From positions 512,001 through 576,000 of the forward strand of contig CAWIIP010000004.1 of the NCBI GenBank assembly GCA_963836235.1: a DNA stretch of 64,000 nt, read 5' to 3'. The DNA is from an uncultured Pseudomonadota bacterium. Lineage in GTDB: Bacteria > Oederibacteriota > Muellerivitia > Muellerivitales > Muellerivitaceae. The notes under the pieces are model-generated. The model had not been told where the DNA came from and ran no database searches. It saw only the letters and a list, made by a program, of their open reading frames with translations. The position numbers and the translations under genes were made by a program. Position 1 is the stretch's first letter; every line of letters starts with the position of its first letter. Below are positions 47,884-58,800 of the stretch, in pieces.

Positions 47884-48908
47884 GAATCGGATCAAAGCTC
47901 ATAATCTGCTCTTTGCTGTTAAGACTTTTTAAAAATCGCGCGCCGGCGCTGAGCCGCCAATTGCAAATTTGTTTTTTAATGCTGGCTTTGGTTCTGTCGG
48001 TTGGTTGCAAGGCTAAATCCAGGTTTATCGAAAACACTTTGCCCCTTCCCCCTTCCGCCGATAGCGGGATTTATGACGGCCAATTCATCCAAACAGATTA
48101 TGGATTCGCTTTTCCGCTACCGCCTAAATTGAATTGGTTGAGGCTTTCGGCAGAACAGGAAGTGGACGAGGTAGCCCGGTTTTCGGATAATTCCCAAAAT
48201 TTTCTTGTCCGGGTTTCGGTCCAAGTGCTGGGCAATTCCCAAACGCTTTCCAAAAAGAGTTGGGAGGAAGCCGCCGAGCAGGACTTGAAAAACCACTTGT
48301 TTAAAATCCAAAAAAAGGATTCCGCTCAGGAGTGGAAAACGGCGGACTCGGGTCCTTGGATCGAGATTTCTTTCCTCTTGTCCGATCCCAGAGGCGGCTC
48401 ATGGACCGATCAGGAATGGGCCCTGAATCAGGGCGATCTTTTGATTGGTGCGCACGCCATGCAGCCCGAGGAGATGGCGGAGTCGGAAACCGGTCAAAAA
48501 CTCTTTAAGGATTTGCGGGGAGCCTTGTCTCAAATTCATTGGTACACCCCTATCGGCTCTCGGGGAATTTCCATTGATCGGTTTGAATTGCGCCAATTTA
48601 CCGAGAGTTTTCGAAGCGCTTTGGAGAGCCGGTCCGCATCAAAGGTTGTAGCCTATTTTGACGATATGTACCCGGACCGGACCAAGTGGAATAACTGGTA
48701 TCAACAGGCAATTTCAGGCGACCCTAAAACCTTCGAACTTCAGGCCGACCTTTCGGGATTGGTCATCAACGGGGATTATGCTGCCGCTTCCTTTATACTG
48801 ATCCGCAAGGAAAAGAATGATTCCCATTCGGAAAAGTTTGAGAAGAATTTTAAGCTTTCAAAAAAAGAAGGAGCTTGGAAGATTACAGCTTCACTGGATA
48901 AGAATTAG
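47880..48908 (+). CDS. Hypothetical lipoprotein
   Basis: LVLSVG-C lipobox; the true start is probably downstream of 47880. Confidence 0.65.
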   Translation: MRIGSKLIICSLLLRLFKNRAPALSRQLQICFLMLALVLSVGCKAKSRFIENTLPLPPSADSGIYDGQFIQTDYGFAFPLPPKLNWLRLSAEQEVDEVARFSDNSQNFLVRVSVQVLGNSQTLSKKSWEEAAEQDLKNHLFKIQKKDSAQEWKTADSGPWIEISFLLSDPRGGSWTDQEWALNQGDLLIGAHAMQPEEMAESETGQKLFKDLRGALSQIHWYTPIGSRGISIDRFELRQFTESFRSALESRSASKVVAYFDDMYPDRTKWNNWYQQAISGDPKTFELQADLSGLVINGDYAAASFILIRKEKNDSHSEKFEKNFKLSKKEGAWKITASLDKN

Positions 48909-48923
48909 AAACGAGGGATAAGT

Positions 48924-49796
48924 ATGCGCAGTATGACAGGCTTCGGCCGAGGTGTCGGACAGAACAAATCCGTACATGTGGTGGCCGAAATAAAGACGGT
49001 CAACCACAAATACCATGATCTGGCCGTGAAATTGCCATCCGCCTTCCAGTCGATGGAGCCGGAAGTGCGTGAATTGATATTGGCTTCGGTGACTCGTGGG
49101 AAGGTTGATTTTTTTCTGAAGGATATTTCTCCTGCTCGTCTCAAAACGGTTCGGATAAATGATCCGCTTATTATGGAATACCTAAAGGCCGCGAAAAAAG
49201 CCGCGGGCCATTTCAAGTTGAAGGGTGAACTTTCGATTGAAACCATCCTTAAAATGCCGGATGTGCTTTCGGTGGAGGAGGAAGAGCGATCCGAAGGCGA
49301 CCAGAAGAAGGCCTTGAACGAGGCCGTCCAGGAAGCCTTGAAGGCACTGGAAAAAATGCGGCAATCCGAGGGAGCTCGCCTCGGCAAGGATATGTTGGAC
49401 CGCGCTCGAGATATCTCCGCTGTCGTCCAACAACTTCGCCAGCGCCACAAAGCCATCATGATTGAAAGGTTGAAGGCATTTCGGGAGAAAATTGCCGAAT
49501 TCCTGCCCGAACCCCTCCAAGATCAAATGCGTCTTTCCACGGAAGAAAGTGTCACGATCCAGAGACATGATATCGCGGAAGAATTGACCCGTCTGGACAG
49601 CCATTTGGTGGCCCTCCAGGAAACTTTGAAAGAAAAGAACAGCGTGGGCCGCAAACTGGATTTCCTGATCCAGGAAATGAATCGGGAAGCCAACACGGTT
49701 GGTTCCAAGTCGGCGGACTCCAAAATGGCCCAAAACGTGGTCCGGCTGAAGGAGTTGCTTGAACAGCTCCGGGAACAAATTCAGAATATTGAATAG
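48924..49796 (+). CDS. yicC: YicC/YloC-family endoribonuclease
   Basis: MRSMTGFG, EELTRLDSH, GRKLDFLIQEMNREANT, EQIQNIE. Confidence 0.95.
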   Translation: MRSMTGFGRGVGQNKSVHVVAEIKTVNHKYHDLAVKLPSAFQSMEPEVRELILASVTRGKVDFFLKDISPARLKTVRINDPLIMEYLKAAKKAAGHFKLKGELSIETILKMPDVLSVEEEERSEGDQKKALNEAVQEALKALEKMRQSEGARLGKDMLDRARDISAVVQQLRQRHKAIMIERLKAFREKIAEFLPEPLQDQMRLSTEESVTIQRHDIAEELTRLDSHLVALQETLKEKNSVGRKLDFLIQEMNREANTVGSKSADSKMAQNVVRLKELLEQLREQIQNIE

Positions 49797-49804
49797 CTAC
49801 AGAC

Positions 49805-50401
49805 TTGGTGGGTATCGACGTGGATAAATCAAAACATAAGAAGGGTCTGCTAATTGTTTTGTCTTCTCCCTCGGGCGGCGGGAAAACGACAATCGCCCAG
49901 CGTCTTTTGAAGCGGGACAAGAATATTATCCGGTCCGTTTCTTGTACCACCCGAAAACCCCGTCTGGGAGAAAAAAGCGGCCGAGATTATTTTTTCGTTA
50001 CCCCGGCCCGTTTTAAAGTCATGGTGGCCCAAAAAAAATTTCTTGAGTGGGCTAGAGTGCACCAAAACTTTTACGGCACTCCTCGCCATTGGGTTGCGGA
50101 GCAATTGGAGAAGGGAAGGGATGTTTTGTTCGTCATTGATGTCCAAGGCGGAAAATCCATTAAAGGCGAGGAGCCGGGGGCCCTGTTGATTTTCCTGAAA
50201 CCACCCTCATTCTCAGTCCTTAAAAAGAGACTTTTAGGCCGCCAAAGCGAGGATGCGGTGGGTTTGAAGGTCCGCCTCAAGGACGCCAAGTGGGAATTAA
50301 GCCAGAGTCGGCATTATGACTATCAAGTCGTGAATGACCGCTTGGCGACTGCCACTTCAGATGTTTTGAAGATTATTCGAAAAATACGGGAAACCAGCTA
50401 A
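49805..50401 (+). CDS. gmk: Guanylate kinase
   Basis: SPSGGGKTT, TTRKPR, FYGT, IDVQG. Confidence 0.95.
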   Translation: MVGIDVDKSKHKKGLLIVLSSPSGGGKTTIAQRLLKRDKNIIRSVSCTTRKPRLGEKSGRDYFFVTPARFKVMVAQKKFLEWARVHQNFYGTPRHWVAEQLEKGRDVLFVIDVQGGKSIKGEEPGALLIFLKPPSFSVLKKRLLGRQSEDAVGLKVRLKDAKWELSQSRHYDYQVVNDRLATATSDVLKIIRKIRETS

Positions 50402-50484
50402 AATAGTCCAGTTTCCCGTTACGATTTTGACCGGTTTTGAGTATAATCCAGCCTCTTTGAATCGATCTTGAATGAGGAGTCGCC

Positions 50485-50712
50485 ATGACTGAAGAGAAAA
50501 AAGCCCAAACAATGGAATCTATTGATAACAAGTATATGTCCGTTTTGGCGGCTTCCAAAAGAGCCCGTCAATTATTGGACCGGGCTGAAAAACATAATCT
50601 GACCGTGGATACTGAAAAGGTGATTCTGCAGGCTCTCAACGAGTTCATGAGCGGCAAGGTTACTTATACCAATCACCCAGTGCCTCCCAAGAAGAGAAAA
50701 AAAGAAGACTGA
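50485..50712 (+). CDS. rpoZ: RNA polymerase omega subunit
   Basis: NKYMSVLAASKRARQL; located between gmk and coaBC. Confidence 0.9.
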   Translation: MTEEKKAQTMESIDNKYMSVLAASKRARQLLDRAEKHNLTVDTEKVILQALNEFMSGKVTYTNHPVPPKKRKKED

Positions 50713-50779
50713 TTCGGCAGCTCCTAGCTATCAGTCGTTAGCTGTCAGCTGAAGATTGAAAGCTGATGGCTGAGGTCCG

Positions 50780-52006
50780 ATGAATCCATCACGCACCAAA
50801 CCCCGAATCCTTTTAGGCGTTACCGGAAGCGTAGCTGCCTATAAAGCCGTCGCCCTAGTCCAACTCCTCAAAAAGTTTTCCGATATCAAGGTTGTCCTGA
50901 CTTCTGCGGGTTCTCATCTCGTTTCTGAAAAAGCCTTGGCTAAAGCTTCCGATTCGCCCGTTTGGACCAGCTTATTTAAGGGATCGACGCCGATTCCCCC
51001 AGGAACACCCAGTGGCAGCCATCCTTTCGCTGTTGTTCCCCATATTGAATACGCCAAGGAAGCAGACTTAGTTTTGATCGCGCCCGCATCGGCGGATATC
51101 CTCTCCAAGTTGGCCTTGGGGATCGCCGACGACCTTCTTTCCACCCTCTGTTTATACGTTGCTTGCCCTCTTTGGGTCGCGCCCGCAATGAACGTCAAGA
51201 TGTGGAACCACCCGGCAGTCATTCAAAATCAAAAAACTTTGAGAGAGCGTGGGGTCCGCTTTTTAGGGCCTGATAGCGGCCATTTGGCTTGTGGCGAAGT
51301 AGGTGATGGGCGCTTTGCGGAACCAGTGGAGATTGCTTTTCAGGCGGAAAGCTATTTCAAGCATTTCGGAGCATGGCGAGGGAAGACTGTCTTGATTACC
51401 GCTGGGCCAACCCAAGAACCTATTGATCCGGTTCGAATGATCACCAATCGTTCCAGCGGCAAAATGGGCTATGCCTTGGCCCAGGCGGCTTTGAATCGGG
51501 GGGCCGAAGTTATCCTAATAACCGGGCCGACCAAAATCATTCCGCCTCCCGTGAGTAAGTTAATTGGGGTCGAGAGCGCCAAGGAAATGCACCAACAGGT
51601 TTTGAAATTTTTAGACCGTGTCGATGTGATTTTTATGGCCGCGGCGGTTGCCGATTACCGAGTTAAAAGGATGTCGAAAACAAAAATCAAAAAAAGCGAG
51701 AAAGAGCTTTCCCTCCGGCTTGAAAAGAACCCCGATATATTGGGAGAAGTCTTGAAAAGGAAAAAGCCATCCCAAGTTATTGTGGGTTTTGCGGCGGAAA
51801 CCGACCATCTGGAAAAGAACGCCTTAAAGAAGTGGAAGAAGAAACCTTGCGACTTATTGGTCGCTAATTTGGTCGGGCAAAGAGGTATGGGATTCGATGG
51901 TGACCGAAATGAATTGCTGGTTTTTAGCAAGAAGGAGAAAAAAACTATCCGCCTTTCGAAGGATTTAAAAAGCCGGTTGGCGGAAAAACTGTTGGATTTA
52001 GTATGA
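50780..52006 (+). CDS. coaBC: Phosphopantothenoylcysteine decarboxylase/ligase
   Basis: GVTGSVAAYK, PAMN, LACG, IDPVRMITNRSSGKMG, AAVADY, GFAAET. Confidence 0.96.
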   Translation: MNPSRTKPRILLGVTGSVAAYKAVALVQLLKKFSDIKVVLTSAGSHLVSEKALAKASDSPVWTSLFKGSTPIPPGTPSGSHPFAVVPHIEYAKEADLVLIAPASADILSKLALGIADDLLSTLCLYVACPLWVAPAMNVKMWNHPAVIQNQKTLRERGVRFLGPDSGHLACGEVGDGRFAEPVEIAFQAESYFKHFGAWRGKTVLITAGPTQEPIDPVRMITNRSSGKMGYALAQAALNRGAEVILITGPTKIIPPPVSKLIGVESAKEMHQQVLKFLDRVDVIFMAAAVADYRVKRMSKTKIKKSEKELSLRLEKNPDILGEVLKRKKPSQVIVGFAAETDHLEKNALKKWKKKPCDLLVANLVGQRGMGFDGDRNELLVFSKKEKKTIRLSKDLKSRLAEKLLDLV

Positions 52007-52043
52007 CGAATAAAAGTTGAACTTTATAAAAAGGTTTAAATGG

Positions 52044-53834
52044 ATGCGCCTGAAAAAAGTTTCCTCTCTTTTGTTTTTAGCCTTTTATGGAATTAGCCTT
52101 CCGGTTTCGGCAAAGGTTTCTAGCCTGGCCGGGAAGGCGGTTTTTGTTCCAGGCGAAATCATTGTTCGATTGAAAGAGGGAGCTACTCCTGGTGATCGGG
52201 CCAAGGCCCTAAACGCTGTGGGAACGGCCCGATCCTTGAAACGTTCTGATTTTTATAAGGTGAAGTTAAAACCGGGAATAGATGTTCCAACCGCCGTGAA
52301 CCAAATGGCAAAAGATCCGTCGGTCCAATATGCCCAACCCAATTACCGCTATTACGCTTTGGGATGTTCTCCGCCAACCGATCAATATTACATATCGCTC
52401 CAAGACTGGCCGTTTCTTAAAATCTCCGCACCGCAGGCGTGGAATTTGTTTGCCATTTGTCCCCCCGGAAGTTCTTCAGTGACGGTGGCGGTTTTGGATT
52501 CGGGTGTTTCCCGTTCCCATCCGGATCTTCTGAATGTTCCGCTGATTGGTTATAACGCCGTCTGTGCTGTTAAGGAACAAGATCCTTCTTCGGTAGTGCC
52601 AGACCCTTCCTGTAGTTCATGCGGTGGGCCAGTCAGCGATTCCGTTTCCGGCCCCGTTACCGCCAGTATGGATGACTTCGGCCATGGTACTTATGTATCG
52701 GGAATTATTGCGGCCAGTTGGGGTACGGCGAATCCCGAGGCTTGTGGCGCCATGATGTCAACGACGGGCATTGCGGGTTTGGCGCCTGGAATCACTCTTC
52801 TGGCGGTTAAAGTTCTCGATTGCACAGGGAGTGGGACTACTGAATCCATAGTGGATGGAATAAATTTTGCAGTTAGCCAGGGGGCGAAAATTTTGAATTT
52901 TTCTCTGGGGTCAGATCCTTCATATGGTTTTGATCCAACGGAAAAAGACGCATTGGATAACGCCATCGCCAATGGATGTGTGATTGTAGCTGCCGCGGGC
53001 AACGAATCCGAGGGTGGAACGTTGGCGCCTCTTGATTTTCCAGCTGCTTATCCACCAGTTCTCTCGGTGGGTGCCACTGGTCCGAATGACGAGGTTGCAT
53101 GTTACTCAAACGGCGGGAGCGGTTTGGACTTGGTGGCGCCAGGCGGTTTAGCCAACGATTGCCAAAAATGCGGCGTCACTTGTTACAATCCTGGCGGTGA
53201 TGTTTTCGGGTCGTTTCTTTGCCCTCTTTCGCCAGCAGCGAATTCTGAAGGTGGATTTTGGCTCCTAGCAAGTGATTATAATTTTGGCACGGCTGCCGGA
53301 ACATCCGCCGCAACACCGTTTGTCTCCGCGACCGCAGCCTTGATCTGGTCCCTTTATCCCAATCTCACCAATAGTCAAGTTGTTCAGGCCATCATCAATA
53401 ACACAGATAGTTTGAATGGCAATCAGGGTTGGGATTCTAAAACCGGTTATGGCCGACTGAATGTTTACAATGCGCTCCTGAATGCGGGGAACGGAAGCGG
53501 CCAAATGACGGATTACGTCCAAACATTTAACAGCCCTAATCCTTTTTATACCGGAATTACCGGGACGACCAATATCACCCTCGCCATTTCCCAGCCGGCG
53601 CCAGTGGAATTAACTATTTTTGATTCCTCGGGAGAGTTGGTTTTTCGCAAGAACTACAATGCTTCCGATCTCAATAACAATCCGTCCAATCCGCAGTTTA
53701 AATCCTATTATCTTTCTTGGGATGGGCGGAATGGGGCAGGGCAAAAAGTCGTGACGGGGATTTATTTTTACAGCGTTAAGGTGAATGGACAAATTGGGAG
53801 AAACAAGATAGCCCTTGTCCAGGGAACGAAATGA
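52044..53834 (+). CDS. Secreted S8 subtilase with FlgD-Ig/T9SS-type C-terminal domain
   Basis: Signal peptide, prodomain, triad LDSG/HGT/GTSAATP, AAAGN; C-terminal SPNPF...IFDSSGELV...WDGRN...GIYFY...K. Start 52017 or 52044. Confidence 0.9.
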   Translation: MRLKKVSSLLFLAFYGISLPVSAKVSSLAGKAVFVPGEIIVRLKEGATPGDRAKALNAVGTARSLKRSDFYKVKLKPGIDVPTAVNQMAKDPSVQYAQPNYRYYALGCSPPTDQYYISLQDWPFLKISAPQAWNLFAICPPGSSSVTVAVLDSGVSRSHPDLLNVPLIGYNAVCAVKEQDPSSVVPDPSCSSCGGPVSDSVSGPVTASMDDFGHGTYVSGIIAASWGTANPEACGAMMSTTGIAGLAPGITLLAVKVLDCTGSGTTESIVDGINFAVSQGAKILNFSLGSDPSYGFDPTEKDALDNAIANGCVIVAAAGNESEGGTLAPLDFPAAYPPVLSVGATGPNDEVACYSNGGSGLDLVAPGGLANDCQKCGVTCYNPGGDVFGSFLCPLSPAANSEGGFWLLASDYNFGTAAGTSAATPFVSATAALIWSLYPNLTNSQVVQAIINNTDSLNGNQGWDSKTGYGRLNVYNALLNAGNGSGQMTDYVQTFNSPNPFYTGITGTTNITLAISQPAPVELTIFDSSGELVFRKNYNASDLNNNPSNPQFKSYYLSWDGRNGAGQKVVTGIYFYSVKVNGQIGRNKIALVQGTK

Positions 53835-54886
53835 GGAATCAAAGTCGAATTCCTCAAGGCTGGGAGACAAAGAAAAACTTTTTTTTAAAAAATTGTTATA
53901 TTGATCTTGGGTCTTTTCTGAAGTTTTGTTGGTCTTTTTGTCGTATAGAAATTAAATTTTGCTTCTTATTCTTTTTTTTGGCTTTGCCGGTTCTGGCGGA
54001 TCAGCAGGGAGGGCAAAGACCCGCGGCCTATTTGGAATATGGAGCGGGTGGGATTGAAAACGCCATGGGCGGGGCCGCCGTCGCCGATCGCAATGATGCA
54101 GCCAATGGATTTTGGAACCCGGCAGGATTAAGCGGCCTCCGAGGGTTTCAGGTGGAGGGCCATAAAACCCTGATGTCGTTGGGCCAGGAACTGGATTACA
54201 TAACTTTCGCCAATGGTTTTCGAGATGCGTTCTTTTACGGACTATCCTGGTTTAATTACAGCGCAGGAGGGGACATCGAGGCAAGGACGGGACCGTCCCT
54301 AGCGCCGGACAGTGTTTTCGGGGATACGGAAATGACTTTCCTGGGTTCGATCGCTTTCAAACTGGATCCCCAATGGGCCCTGGGCTGGAATATCAAAGTG
54401 TTGACCCAAAATTTTAACAACTTTTCCGCTTTTGGCCTGGGTGAGGACCTGGGGATTCAATACCGCGTCACCCAATACACGACCCTGGGTTTCATGATCG
54501 AAGACCCAATCACTTTTTTCAGTTATAACAATTCAATCACTGATTTTATTCCTCCTACTTTTAAGTCAGGTATTTCTCAACGTGATGAGAGGATTAACGC
54601 TAAATTAAATTTTGACCTGGACTGGAGTCCGGATTTAGGGTTAGAACCTCATTTGGGAATTGAGTGGCATCCAGCGGAAGCATTTGCCTTGAGGGGCGGA
54701 TGTTGGGCTGAAAATTTGACGGCTGGAACATCGGGCGGCGCTATTTTGATCAACCCGACAGCTGGTTTTGGGATTTTTGTTCCGATGGGGGACAGCTTAG
54801 TTGAATTGGATTACACGATTCTAACAGATCGTGTTGAACAAGGAAATTTTCTTCATCAGGTTTCGATCACTGGAAAATTTCTTTGA
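53831..54886 (+). CDS. PorV/PorQ-family outer-membrane beta-barrel
   Basis: YLEYGAGGIENAMGGAAVA...FWNPAGL N-terminal motif, amphipathic strands, HQVSITGKF end; start uncertain. Confidence 0.78.
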   Translation: MRNQSRIPQGWETKKNFFLKNCYIDLGSFLKFCWSFCRIEIKFCFLFFFLALPVLADQQGGQRPAAYLEYGAGGIENAMGGAAVADRNDAANGFWNPAGLSGLRGFQVEGHKTLMSLGQELDYITFANGFRDAFFYGLSWFNYSAGGDIEARTGPSLAPDSVFGDTEMTFLGSIAFKLDPQWALGWNIKVLTQNFNNFSAFGLGEDLGIQYRVTQYTTLGFMIEDPITFFSYNNSITDFIPPTFKSGISQRDERINAKLNFDLDWSPDLGLEPHLGIEWHPAEAFALRGGCWAENLTAGTSGGAILINPTAGFGIFVPMGDSLVELDYTILTDRVEQGNFLHQVSITGKFL

Positions 54887-54940
54887 GATGCGTTGTAATT
54901 AACAACCTTTATTCTCTGAGGCGGCTTATGGCGAGGTTCT

Positions 54941-55750
54941 GTGGAAAATCCTGAAACATTAAAATCGCGGCTTGAACTTTGTCGACGTTTAGGTGTCCAA
55001 TATGTTTCTTTGAATGTTTCTGGCGAAGAAGGAACTGCGGATTATTCAACTAGGACGTCTTTTGTCGAATCGGTACCCGGTTTAATTGAAAGTGCGAGCA
55101 ACTCGGATTCTCTTCCTGGGCAAAAGCTTTCCGATATTGATCAGGCTAATCCCAAGTGGCTAACGGCTTTTCCGGACTCGGTCCAAGCCATGGAACTTTT
55201 GGCCTTTAACCGTGACATTTGTGAATGCCAAAACTGTCCTCTGGGTAAAACTCGCCAAAATTTTGTTTTCGGAAGTGGCAGTCCGCGTGCCGAGATAATG
55301 TTTGTGGGAGAGGCTCCGGGTGCGGATGAAGACGCCCAAGGTTTGCCCTTCGTTGGGAAAGCCGGTCAACTTTTGACCAAGATCATTGAATCAACCAAGA
55401 CCTGGAAGCGGTCCGATGTTTTTATATGTAATGTCCTCAAGTGTAGGCCTCCGGGAAACCGGACACCTCAACCGGAAGAAGTGGCACAGTGCCGACCCTA
55501 TTTGGAAGAGCAGATTCGTATTATTAAGCCCAAATTCATCATGGCTCTTGGAGCCAGTGCGGCCCAGGCGCTTTTAGAGACCAAGGATTCGGTTGGGAAA
55601 CTCCGCAACAAGTGGCATGATTTTGCCGGAATTCCCCTTCGTGTGACCTATCACCCGGCTGCCCTTTTAAGGTTTGATGGATATAAAAAGGACGTTTGGG
55701 AGGATATGAAGGAATTGACGGCCAAATATCAGGAATTGACCCACATGTAA
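54941..55750 (+). CDS. Uracil-DNA glycosylase family 4 (Fe-S)
   Basis: [32 protein letters not shown]. Confidence 0.93.
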   Translation: MENPETLKSRLELCRRLGVQYVSLNVSGEEGTADYSTRTSFVESVPGLIESASNSDSLPGQKLSDIDQANPKWLTAFPDSVQAMELLAFNRDICECQNCPLGKTRQNFVFGSGSPRAEIMFVGEAPGADEDAQGLPFVGKAGQLLTKIIESTKTWKRSDVFICNVLKCRPPGNRTPQPEEVAQCRPYLEEQIRIIKPKFIMALGASAAQALLETKDSVGKLRNKWHDFAGIPLRVTYHPAALLRFDGYKKDVWEDMKELTAKYQELTHM

Positions 55751-55870
55751 AAATCCACTTTTTGGTGGATTACCGATGCTAAAAATCTGCCTTTTTCGTC
55801 GTTTTGAGCAAATAATCGGTATAATTTCAACAAAATTCCTATGTACCTCCTATTCCAACTACCGGATTAA

Positions 55871-58800
55871 TTGATGAAGTCTTTTAAAATTTTATTTCTG
55901 GCCTCTTTTATCGTTTCTTCTGCTTTTCAAGCTTCCGAGGTTCAAGCCCAGTGTGGCATTTCTTATGATAACAATGAGGCTGTAACCTTCTTGACGGGAA
56001 CAACGGCTACTTTTCCCGTCACGGTTGGAAATTTGGGGAATCGGCTTCTTTTGCTTCAGGTGTCCACAAATAATAGCCCGAATGCCGTGAATGCTACTAC
56101 TACCACTTCCAGTAGAACAGCTAGTTTAACATCGATTGTTACTAATTCTGTTTTTGGTCGAACACTGGAATCCTTATACCTACTTAACCCCGATTCTGGG
56201 CCCAATACAATAACGTTGACCTTAACTAATTCTTCTTTTATTGCGGCCGCGACCAGCTTTGCAGGTGTATCTCAAACTGCTCCGGCACCTTGGAACACCA
56301 ATTTCTCTCGTCAGTCCACGGCGACCCAGGATTTTTCAATTTCTTTGGATACCACCACTCCCGACAGTTGGATCGTGGATCAATTTTTGTGGAATAATGC
56401 GACTATTGGAATTTCCGCATTGGGAGCTGCCCAGATTCAAATGTGGAACTCACCCTTCATAACTCCCAATATCAGCGCCGAAGGTGACTATCTTCCTACC
56501 AGCAGCCCTGGTTTGACAGCCCTTAGCTATTCCCTCACTGCCGCTACCAGCGGAGATTTACAGGCAGTGGAAATACTTCCATTCGTATGTACGCCAACCC
56601 CAACGAACACGTCTACAGATACTTCTACTAATTCGCCTACCGACACGCCGAGCTCGACGGCGACTTTGACTACTACGGATACGACAACCTATACGGCTAC
56701 AGATACGGCGACATTGACAGATACCTTGACTCCCACAGATACACCGACTTTGACCCCGACTTTTACCACTACGTGCACAACTACGGATACGGCCACAAAT
56801 ACTCCAACTTCAACAGCAACCCTTACGCCGACCAATACACCGGTCAATCCTCCGGTGAACATAATCCTGGCGGCAACACCCGTGAACCAGACGGTAATTC
56901 CGGGAATTGAAGGGGTGACGGTTATACAGTTGCAGGTGACCAACAATAGCATGACGGAAGGAGTGTCTTTCTTGTCCATTGTTTTGGGCGGGACCAACCC
57001 GAACGACTCTACCGAAATAGCACAGGTAAATCTTTATGATGAAACGGGACTGGTGACAAGCGGGACATTTAAAACTGCAGGGGCGGTGACGTTGGGGTTG
57101 GCACCCCTGGAAACGTTAGGGATGAGTGGTTCGGCTTCGGCATCGCAAACCTTCGTGGTGACTTATGATTTTTCAAATGCACAATTTGCGGGAACTTACG
57201 GATTGACGTTAGGCTCAGGTAGTTTGACCGGAACAGGTGCTTCGACCGGAAAGCCCATCGCGGTTTCAGGATTGCCATTAGGCGGAGCGCAAATAACAAT
57301 TGAGTTGCCGACATCAACGCCAACTAATACAGCCACGAGTACAACCACAGATACTCCAACAAATACGCCTACGCTTACCAATACAGCGACATTCACACCG
57401 ACGTTTACGGCGACGAATACGGCGACGGCCACGGCGACCGACACAGCCACAAATACGCCAACGAATACGGCGACCTATACGACGACGGATACGCCTACGG
57501 ATACGGCTACCTATACAACCACAGGTACGGCGACATTGACTGATACCTTAACTCCCACAGATACGCCGACTTTGACCACGACTTTGACGCCGACGGCGAC
57601 ACCGCAATCGAAGCTGGTGCTTTCGTGGAATAACGAACCGGCATCACAGAGCTATTTTTACAACCAGGCGAATGTGACGGGAATCCAGGTAGTGCTAAAG
57701 GCGCTTGGACAGGAGCCGGTGTCGGTGAACCAACTGGCTTTTGGGTTGGGAGGAACGCTTTTGAGCGGGGAGGTAGTGGGTGGAAGCGTGGAATTGTATC
57801 CGGATTCAGGGGCGAATGAGGTAGGTGGGGTTTATAACGGAACTGCTAGTCCGACGCCAGTGGCGACGGGAAGCTTTGTTGGCGGAACGGTTACTTTTGC
57901 GGGATTGACGAATTTAAAGGTGAATCCGTCGGGTGCGCCTCAAACCCTGCTGTTGGTGTTTAGCCTCCAAGCCAACGGCGGGGAGACTTTTTACAATACG
58001 ATTAGCGGCTCCTCAATTACGGCGGTGGGTGCGAATACGGGGCTACCGGTATCGGTTTTCGGAACACTGATCAATGGGAATACGCATACGGTGATAGGCC
58101 CTACGGCGACACCGACGTTTACGGCGACGAACACGGCGACGGCCACGGCGACCGACACAGCCACAAATACGCCAACGAATACGGCGACCTATACGACGAC
58201 GGATACGCCTACGGATACGGCTACCTATACAACCACAGGTACGGCGACATTGACTGATACCTTAACTCCCACAGATACGCCGACTTTGACCACGACTTTG
58301 ACGCCGACGGCGACACCGCAATCGAAGCTGGTGCTTTCGTGGAATAACGAACCGGCATCACAGAGCTATTTTTACAACCAGGCGAATGTGACGGGAATCC
58401 AGGTAGTGCTAAAGGCGCTTGGACAGGAGCCGGTGTCGGTGAACCAACTGGCTTTTGGGTTGGGAGGAACGCTTTTGAGCGGGGAGGTAGTGGGTGGAAG
58501 CGTGGAATTGTATCCGGATTCAGGGGCGAATGAGGTAGGTGGGGTTTATAACGGAACTGCTAGTCCGACGCCAGTGGCGACGGGAAGCTTTGTTGGCGGA
58601 ACGGTTACTTTTGCGGGATTGACGAATTTAAAGGTGAATCCGTCGGGTGCGCCTCAAACCCTGCTGTTGGTGTTTAGCCTCCAAGCCAACGGCGGGGAGA
58701 CTTTTTACAATACGATTAGCGGCTCCTCAATTACGGCGGTGGGTGCGAATACGGGGCTACCGGTATCGGTTTTCGGAACACTGATCAATGGGAATACGCA

